From Acinetobacter wanghuae (lineage in GTDB: Bacteria > Pseudomonadota > Gammaproteobacteria > Pseudomonadales > Moraxellaceae), in NCBI RefSeq assembly GCF_009557235.1, contig NZ_CP045650.1, forward strand, positions 1,260,001 through 1,292,000: DNA of 32,000 nt, read 5' to 3'. The number at the start of each line of letters is the position of its first letter. Positions within the stretch are counted from its first letter, which is position 1. Positions 25,896 to 32,000 of this stretch are shown one piece after another. The position numbers and the translations under genes are program-made. The notes beneath the pieces are model-generated. The model made no database searches and was not told the DNA's origin. It saw nothing but the letters and a program-made list of their open reading frames with translations.

Positions 25896-26286
25896 TGTGT
25901 AATCTCCTAATCATGGACAACAGTGCCATGGATTTTTTTGAATGCGAGAAGCATAAGCAAACTGTAAACTACAAGGCAAGTAAAAACGTTACTTTCTTTG
26001 TAAAAACATCAAAATAGTATCTTATTTATGCGGCATATTTAAAAACATTTCTTGAATGCGCGCTAAAAATAGCGGCTTTAATCTGATTGTAAGGGGTATT
26101 TTCAGTATGCTTTTGACAATCCAAAACTTAGCTGTCTGAATAGAAAACAAATACAACAGTTAGCAGTTGAGAGATTGATCACCTATCGTTAAACTAATAC
26201 ACCTTTTATTGAAATTGATTCACCAAATGAACAGGTGATAGATTCATTAATTCTTATATTTTAACTTTAGAAGTGAATGATTGATC

Positions 26287-28014
26287 ATGAAGCCAAATGA
26301 TGTTGTGACATCTCTGCCCGAGAACCCGACCAAGAACAAAAATGCAGTCGATTCAGCGCAGCAGCAAGAACAACAGCCGGGCTTAGACTTTGTGCGCCAA
26401 GTCATTACTGAAGACTTAGAAGCGGGCCGTACGCAAAAAGTGGTGACACGTTTCCCGCCTGAGCCAAATGGTTATTTGCATATTGGTCACGTGAAAGCGA
26501 TTTGCTTGAACTTTGGTATCGCACAAGAATTCGATGGTTATTGTAATCTGCGCTTTGACGATACTAATCCAGATGCGGAAGAACAAGAATACGTTGATGG
26601 TATTGCCAATGACGTTAAATGGTTAGGTTTTGAGTGGAATGATCAACCTCGCTATGCATCAAGCTATTTTGATCAACTGTATACATGGGCAATTCAGTTA
26701 ATTAAACAGGGTGATGCTTATGTTGACTTACAGTCACCTGAAGAAATTCGCCTAAACCGTGGTAATTTCGTTGAGCCTGGTAAAAATTCACCTTACCGTG
26801 ATGCGTCTATTGAAGAAAACCTAGCGCGTTTTGAACAAATGCGAAATGGCGAGCTGGGTGAAGGTCAAGCGGTTCTCCGTGCCAAAATTGATATGACATC
26901 ACCAAATGTACATATGCGTGATCCAATTTTGTATCGTATTTTGCATTCTGAACATCATCAAACAGGCGATAAATGGAAAATTTATCCAATGTACGATTAT
27001 GCGCACCCATTGTCAGATGCTATTGAAGGCGTAACACATTCACTATGTACGTTAGAGTTTGTGGATCATCGTCCATTCTATGATTGGGTGATTGCGAAAG
27101 TTCAATCTAAAGATGTGCCACGTCAGTACGAATCAAGCCGTTTGAACGTTGATTACACCATTACCTCAAAGCGTAAATTACGTAAATTGGTTGAAGGTGG
27201 TTTCGTGAATGGTTGGGATGATCCACGTATGCCAACAGTGGTGGGTATGCGCCGTCGTGGTTTCACGCCTGAAGGCTTACGTGATTTCTGTAAGCGTGTT
27301 GGAGTGACTAAAGTAGATGGCAGTATTGTCGATGTTGCAATGCTTGAATACTGCATTCGTCAGTCTTTAGAAAATACCGCAGCACGTGGTATGGCAGTGC
27401 TTGATCCAATTAAAGTGACATTAACTAACTTACCTGAAGCGATGGATCTTGTACATTCACGTCATCCAAACGTGGATATGGGTGAACGCATCATTCCATT
27501 AACCTCAGATATCTTCATTGACCGTAAAGACTTTGAAGAAGTACCACCGAAAGGCTTCAAACGTTTGATTCCGGGCGGTGAAGTACGTTTACGTCATGCC
27601 TATGTCATTAAGTGTGATGACGTGATTAAAAACGAAAATGGTGATGTGATTGAGCTGAAATGTTCAATTGACCCTGAAACGTTGGGTAAAAACCCTGAAG
27701 GTCGTAAAGTCAAAGGTGTCGTGCATTGGGTATCTGCAAGCAAAGGTATCCCTGCTGAAGTACGTATCTATGATCGTTTGTTCACTGAATCGGATCCAGA
27801 AGTGGGTGATGACTTCCTTGCTAATTTAAACCCTGAATCATTAAAAGTGGTTCAAGCGGTGATTGAGCCAGCACTGGCTGAAGCAAAACCTGAAGATCGT
27901 TTCCAATTTGAACGTGAGGGTTATTTTGTTGCCGATCAATATGATCATACAACAGCAAAACCTGTGTTTAACCGTATTCTGGATTTGAAAGACAGCTTTA
28001 AACCAGCGAAATAA
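26287..28014 (+). CDS. glnS: glutamine--tRNA ligase
   Basis: HIGH motif ([11 protein letters not shown]) and a KMSKS-like motif (ITSKRKL). Start at ATG 26287. Confidence 0.95.
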   Translation: MKPNDVVTSLPENPTKNKNAVDSAQQQEQQPGLDFVRQVITEDLEAGRTQKVVTRFPPEPNGYLHIGHVKAICLNFGIAQEFDGYCNLRFDDTNPDAEEQEYVDGIANDVKWLGFEWNDQPRYASSYFDQLYTWAIQLIKQGDAYVDLQSPEEIRLNRGNFVEPGKNSPYRDASIEENLARFEQMRNGELGEGQAVLRAKIDMTSPNVHMRDPILYRILHSEHHQTGDKWKIYPMYDYAHPLSDAIEGVTHSLCTLEFVDHRPFYDWVIAKVQSKDVPRQYESSRLNVDYTITSKRKLRKLVEGGFVNGWDDPRMPTVVGMRRRGFTPEGLRDFCKRVGVTKVDGSIVDVAMLEYCIRQSLENTAARGMAVLDPIKVTLTNLPEAMDLVHSRHPNVDMGERIIPLTSDIFIDRKDFEEVPPKGFKRLIPGGEVRLRHAYVIKCDDVIKNENGDVIELKCSIDPETLGKNPEGRKVKGVVHWVSASKGIPAEVRIYDRLFTESDPEVGDDFLANLNPESLKVVQAVIEPALAEAKPEDRFQFEREGYFVADQYDHTTAKPVFNRILDLKDSFKPAK

Positions 28015-28025
28015 TCATTGACACG

Positions 28026-28057
28026 AAAAAGCTCAACGTTCAGTTGGGCTTTTTTTA
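28026..28057 (+). terminator. glnS terminator
   Basis: agctcaac / gttgggct stem followed by TTTTTTT. Confidence 0.7.
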
Positions 28058-28982
28058 TGGAAAATAAAAAAATGATCGTACGTGATAAAAGTAATAGCTT
28101 CGGATTGTTATTTGCATGGCATGGCACGATTTTGCCAAAAGTGCTACCCGCTTTAGTGTTGGTATTTAGCCTGTCTGCGATTTTGGTTTATCTTCGGCAT
28201 GCACATTTAATGAGTTTTCCGGCAGTGCCAGCCATCGGGTTTACTATCTTTGGTGTCATTCTGTCGATATTTTTAAGTTTTCGAAATAATGCATGCTATG
28301 ACCGTTGGTGGGAAGGGCGCAAGCTCTGGGGTGCTTTAATCGCAACGACACGTCATTTAAGCCGTGATAGCTATGTGTTAGATGATCAAGCCCGTGAAGT
28401 GCTTTTGCAGCGTATGATGCTATTTACGCATTTATTACGTGATCGTTACGTCAAAGTTCAAACAGTATTCAACATTATCAAGACGTGACAGCATTCACTG
28501 AGCAAGATTTTCAAAGTATTCGCAATCGTGTGAATCCATCGCAATGGGTTTTAGAGCAGATCCAAAAAGATTTGGTGAGTCGTTATCGGCAGGGTGAAAT
28601 CAGCGATATTATTTACCATCAATTAAATCAGCATACCGTTGCCTTGGGTAATATTCAAGCGGGATGTGATCGTATTCTATCAACACCATTGCCTTTTGCT
28701 TATTCAGTACTTTTACATCGTGCGGTGTATTCGTTTTGCTTTATCTTACCCTTTAGCTTGGAAGCAAGCCTCGGGCTTTGGGCACCCATTCTCGTGGTGT
28801 TAATTGCCTATCTGTTTTTGGGCTTAGACGAACTGAGCAGTGAATTGGAAGAGCCCTTTGGCACACAAGATAACGACCTAGCGCTCGATTCAATCGTACG
28901 TTTAATTGAGCGTGAAACCTTAAGCTCAATGGATAAAGAGATTCCTGAGTCATTGGTAGCTCAAAAAGGCTTCATTACCTAA
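28057..28982 (+). pseudogene. bestrophin-family (YneE/UPF0187) anion channel, split by a 1-nt frameshift into ORFs 28018..28488 and 28485..28982
   Basis: The N-terminal ORF has TM helices and the RNNACYDRWWEGRKLW motif. The C-terminal ORF has the STPLPFAY motif and TM helices. Frame B is open from 28443 and reads LRQSSKQIQHYQDV. Adding one T to the TT at 28446-28447 joins ..HLLRDR to LRQSS.., giving a protein of about 300 aa. Confidence 0.75.
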
Positions 28983-29012
28983 ATTATATTTTGCCACGCT
29001 CAAGCTGATATT

Positions 29013-29591
29013 CTAGCGATGTTTGAGCTTACTTAATTCGGGTGCGTCTTGTTGCACCTGTTCTTGGAGCTGACGATATTGATCTAAGCGCAACTTGGCT
29101 TTATCACGGAGCTTTTTCTTAATATAAAACACCAAAGCAAAGCTTGTCGTGGTTAGGGTCAAGAACAAGCTATTCATAAAGCTCATCATTGAACTGATAT
29201 AACCAATAGTGGTAAGACGGTTGATCATACGGGTAACTTGAGGGCTACTTTCGACTCCAGTGATCGCCCATGTGCATAAATGTTCGCAGTTATTAATAAT
29301 AAGATGGTAGTTATTTTCATGCATTCGTGAACGCATACGACGCACGACTTTACGACCTTTAAACTTTGCAGAAGCATATTCCTGAATCAGAATAGGGCGA
29401 CCATTGCTAAAACGTTCAATGGACGTGATTTCAATCGGGTGCTTTTTAAAGAGATGGGCAAAGCCTGAATAATGAATGACACGTCCACGTCCGGCATAAA
29501 TCCCATGATGGGTATAACCGAAATGTTTCACCATGAGGTGCGAACCTAAAGCAAAGCGTTGAGTGTGTTGCATAGACCTGCGTAAAATCAT
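29013..29591 (-). CDS. LRAT/PLAAT-like (NlpC/P60 superfamily) putative phospholipid acyltransferase/phospholipase with C-terminal TM anchor
   Basis: His28 and His40 are 12 residues apart (YTHHGIYAGRGRVIH), and the motif NCEH holds Cys102, as in LRAT/HRASLS enzymes. A hydrophobic helix spans about aa 126-157, followed by a charged tail. Start at 29591 or 29573. Confidence 0.65.
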   Translation of the reverse strand: MILRRSMQHTQRFALGSHLMVKHFGYTHHGIYAGRGRVIHYSGFAHLFKKHPIEITSIERFSNGRPILIQEYASAKFKGRKVVRRMRSRMHENNYHLIINNCEHLCTWAITGVESSPQVTRMINRLTTIGYISSMMSFMNSLFLTLTTTSFALVFYIKKKLRDKAKLRLDQYRQLQEQVQQDAPELSKLKHR

Positions 29592-29774
29592 TGGCTAGCT
29601 GTGAAATGTGCGATAAGTGTAACGTTTTTTTTAGTTTTTAGCGATATCGCTGTTTAAATCATCAGGGTGGGAAAGGGGTGTATTAGATGAAAATGCGACT
29701 TAAATTAGCCTAAGTTTGAAATATACATCATTGGAAATACGATCAGAGACAAAGTGCTGTTTATGTGTGCTCAA

Positions 29775-29808
29775 TAAAAAAGCATTTGTAAAAACAAATG
29801 CTTTTTTT
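29775..29808. terminator. bidirectional terminator
   Basis: aagcatttgt / acaaatgctt, a 10-bp stem with flanking A-run and T-run. Confidence 0.75.
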
Positions 29809-29825
29809 GAAACTCAGATGCTGAC

Positions 29826-30050
29826 TTATTGAAGCGGTAAGTGTTGAAGTTCATTCAACTCTTTACGGCTATAGCCACGAGATGCCAAAACCTTTTTGAT
29901 GCCGACAATCATATCTTCATCAGTGGCTTTCGCCAACGCTTCTAAAAGCTGCTCATTCGACTTGCAGCAGCAGTCATTTTCGACACAAGCAATTTGATTC
30001 TTATGTCCGTTTTGTTGTTCGTTTGAGAACAATTTCTGCCAAAAACTCAT
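29826..30050 (-). CDS. hypothetical 74-aa protein with a CxxxxCCC cluster
   Basis: MSFWQKLFSNEQQNGHKNQIACVENDCCCKSNEQ... GAAGG SD 5 nt upstream of ATG 30050. Strong terminator downstream. Confidence 0.5.
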   Translation of the reverse strand: MSFWQKLFSNEQQNGHKNQIACVENDCCCKSNEQLLEALAKATDEDMIVGIKKVLASRGYSRKELNELQHLPLQ

Positions 30051-30233
30051 AGAGCCTTCATACACAACCTAATCTAGGTTGAAATATAGCCAATTCTATA
30101 AATAAAGCAATATAGCGAATGTGATAAAAGCAGCACTTGATGTTGAGATTTTCCGATTGAGCATACGAAGTCAAACGATATTATAGTCAGCTGAGTATCT
30201 TGTATTTTTATAAGTGTATTATTTTAAAGGGAA

Positions 30234-30258
30234 ATAAAAAGGAGCGAATGATCGCTCC
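30234..30258 (-). terminator. trmA terminator
   Basis: ggagcga / tcgctcc stem with a T-run on the minus strand. Confidence 0.7.
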
Positions 30259-30293
30259 TGAATGTTTCAATTTAATGTCTTGAAATAAATTGT

Positions 30294-31376
30294 TTAAATC
30301 TTTTCAAGTAAAACACCCGATTCCACATGATGGGTATAAGGGAATTGGTCAAACATCGCAAACTTGGTGATTTTATGGGTTTGACTTAATGTTTGTAGGT
30401 TGTCGTAAAGCGTATCGGGATTGCATGAAATATACAAAATACGCTCGAAACGTTGTAGTAGTTTCAATGTTGCGTCATCAATACCAGCGCGCGGCGGATC
30501 AACAAATACCGTATCAAACTCATAGCTGGTTAGATCAATATTGGCTTCTTGCAAACGACGGAATTCACGTTCGCCGTTGTATGCTTGCGTGAATTCTTCA
30601 GCAGACAAACGCGCCACTTGAATATTATCGATATTATTTTTTTCAATATTCCACTGTGCTGCATATACCGAAGATTTTGCGAGTTCGGTGGCTAACACAC
30701 GACGGAATTTAGTTGAAAGTGGTAGAGTAAAGTTACCATTACCACAATACAGCTCAAGTAAGTCTTTGTCAGATTGGGTTGCAGCTGTACATGCCCATTC
30801 CAACATTTTTTGGCAAACTTCAGCATTGGGTTGGGTAAAACTGCTTTCAATTTGTTGGTATTGATATTTTGTATCAAAAACTTGTAATTCTTCGACAACG
30901 TATTCGTCAGAAACCACAAATTTCTTACCACGGCTACGACCAATCAATTTGATATTCAATTGTTCAGCCAAAGCTTTTGCTGCAGGCTCCCAACTTTCAT
31001 CTAAGTGACGATGGTAAATCAGGGATACGAGCATTTCGCCTTTTAACGTCGCTAAGAAATGCACTTCAAATAAACGTGCACCAAGCAAAGAGTCGGCTTT
31101 AAATGCGCTTAATAGTTTTGGCATTAATGCATTAATACTTTTATCTGCAACGGGGAATTCATCAATGCGGATGACTTTTTTATTGTTATCAGCATCACGT
31201 TCAAACATGGCATAGAACAGATCATCTTCAGTATGCCAAATACGGAACTCTGCACGCATACGATAATAGTTTTCAGGAGACTCGAAAACTTCAAGGGCAG
31301 GAGGATTAAATTCGGCAAATTGGGCAGAAATGCGTTCAACTTTGGCATCAAGTTGTTGCTGATAAGATGAAGTCAT
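30294..31376 (-). CDS. trmA: tRNA (uracil54-C5)-methyltransferase TrmA
   Basis: [32 protein letters not shown] and ISCNP motifs. Start at MTSSYQQQL (ATG 31376). Confidence 0.92.
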   Translation of the reverse strand: MTSSYQQQLDAKVERISAQFAEFNPPALEVFESPENYYRMRAEFRIWHTEDDLFYAMFERDADNNKKVIRIDEFPVADKSINALMPKLLSAFKADSLLGARLFEVHFLATLKGEMLVSLIYHRHLDESWEPAAKALAEQLNIKLIGRSRGKKFVVSDEYVVEELQVFDTKYQYQQIESSFTQPNAEVCQKMLEWACTAATQSDKDLLELYCGNGNFTLPLSTKFRRVLATELAKSSVYAAQWNIEKNNIDNIQVARLSAEEFTQAYNGEREFRRLQEANIDLTSYEFDTVFVDPPRAGIDDATLKLLQRFERILYISCNPDTLYDNLQTLSQTHKITKFAMFDQFPYTHHVESGVLLEKI

Positions 31377-31472
31377 ATGCAGTAAAAATCGCAAGTATTT
31401 TAAAGCTCAAATGGTAGCAAAAAATTGCTGTTCTGCCTAAGACTATTCAACATCTCAGCCCTGAAAACCCCA

Positions 31473-31511
31473 TAAAAAAGGTCAAATCTTCTGAGGAGCA
31501 AGATTTGACCT
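31473..31511 (-). terminator. putA terminator
   Basis: aggtcaaatct / agatttgacct, an 11-bp stem with a T-run on the minus strand. Confidence 0.7.
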
Positions 31512-31546
31512 ATAACAGTAAAAGTTAGAGCTTAAAAAAGTAAAGT

Positions 31547-32000
31547 TTATGAGCCTGACATTGTCATGAGGCTTGCATTACCACCAGCTGCAGCAGTATT
31601 AATGCTAATGGCGCGTTCAATGACAAAACGTTCGACCGGAATTTGATAATCCCCCGATGTCATATGTGTAATGCCAATAATTGCACCTTGGCGCGCAGCA
31701 ATGCGTTGCTGTAAATCAAGCAATTCAATCTCATTGCCATGATGCAGTACTGCATCAAACTCACCTTGCTCGATGCTTGTTACAACTTTGATCTGATTGA
31801 TCACAGTGGTAGGCATGCTGTCTAAATGCTTTAAGATAAAACTATTTTCCGCGAGGACTACAGGATGACTCCCGATCGATAAAATCGCGAACAGTTGCTG
31901 CGCTTGATCTGCATCATTTTTGGCAAGGGACAGGATATTTTCTCGCGGCAAGATGACGTATTGATTATCTTCACCCGTTGGACCTATTAAGCTGAAACGT
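31547..32000 (-). CDS. putA: bifunctional proline dehydrogenase / 1-pyrroline-5-carboxylate dehydrogenase PutA, C-terminal end (partial, continues beyond window)
   Basis: The frame stays open to base 32000 (..RFSLIGPTGEDNQYVILPRENIL..). The C-terminus ..ERAISINTAAAGGNASLMTMSGS* is typical of PutA. Confidence 0.8.
   Translation of the reverse strand, partial: RFSLIGPTGEDNQYVILPRENILSLAKNDADQAQQLFAILSIGSHPVVLAENSFILKHLDSMPTTVINQIKVVTSIEQGEFDAVLHHGNEIELLDLQQRIAARQGAIIGITHMTSGDYQIPVERFVIERAISINTAAAGGNASLMTMSGS

Noticed and set aside
29677-29693. ggtgta-ttagatgaaaa, resembling a pdif spacer plus XerD arm, in the LRAT / 74-aa gene spacer.
   Set aside because: The XerD arm matches only 7/11 and the XerC position (ggtgggaaagg) only 3/11. 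This is too weak to call even a relic.

Overview
This window looks like a chromosomal segment from an Acinetobacter-type gammaproteobacterium (Moraxellaceae), judged from gene content, gene order, AT-rich intergenic DNA and Acinetobacter-type Xer sites. Most of it is conserved housekeeping sequence: fabZ'-lpxA, cpoB, ffs, recA-recX, hslR, a yrfG-like HAD gene, cysQ, rpsT, rraA, a LuxR-type two-component pair, roxA-like, maf, pgk, fba, nfsB-like, ppiB-lpxH, glnS, trmA and putA'. I found no integrase, transposase, CRISPR array, tRNA or rRNA.

The interesting signals are small accessory insertions between core genes:

1. **dif module (16802-17787).** This 986-bp self-contained cassette holds promoter region, a secreted acetolactate-decarboxylase-fold gene and a terminator. 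It is bracketed by two inverted 28-bp XerC/XerD (pdif) sites, an arrangement described mainly on Acinetobacter plasmids. Here it sits between the chromosomal genes roxA and maf.
2. **recX-linked duplication (about 2391-4760).** A diverged tandem duplication of the unit [recX 3' end + convergent polytopic membrane-protein gene]. It leaves an intact 88-codon RecX C-terminal ORF and a decayed membrane-gene copy.
3. **LRAT islet (29013-30293).** It encodes an LRAT/PLAAT-like His-His-Cys enzyme with a C-terminal membrane anchor and a Cys-rich 74-aa ORF. A decayed pdif-like sequence lies next to it.
4. **ORF-poor spacer (23823-24335).** These 513 bp contain tandem palindromes and small ORFs upstream of an orphan 72-aa gene.

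Two otherwise conserved genes, cpoB and a bestrophin-family channel, are each split by a single-base frameshift. These are either genuine pseudogenes or assembly errors. All functional calls come from reading the translated ORFs and motifs by eye; no database search was run.
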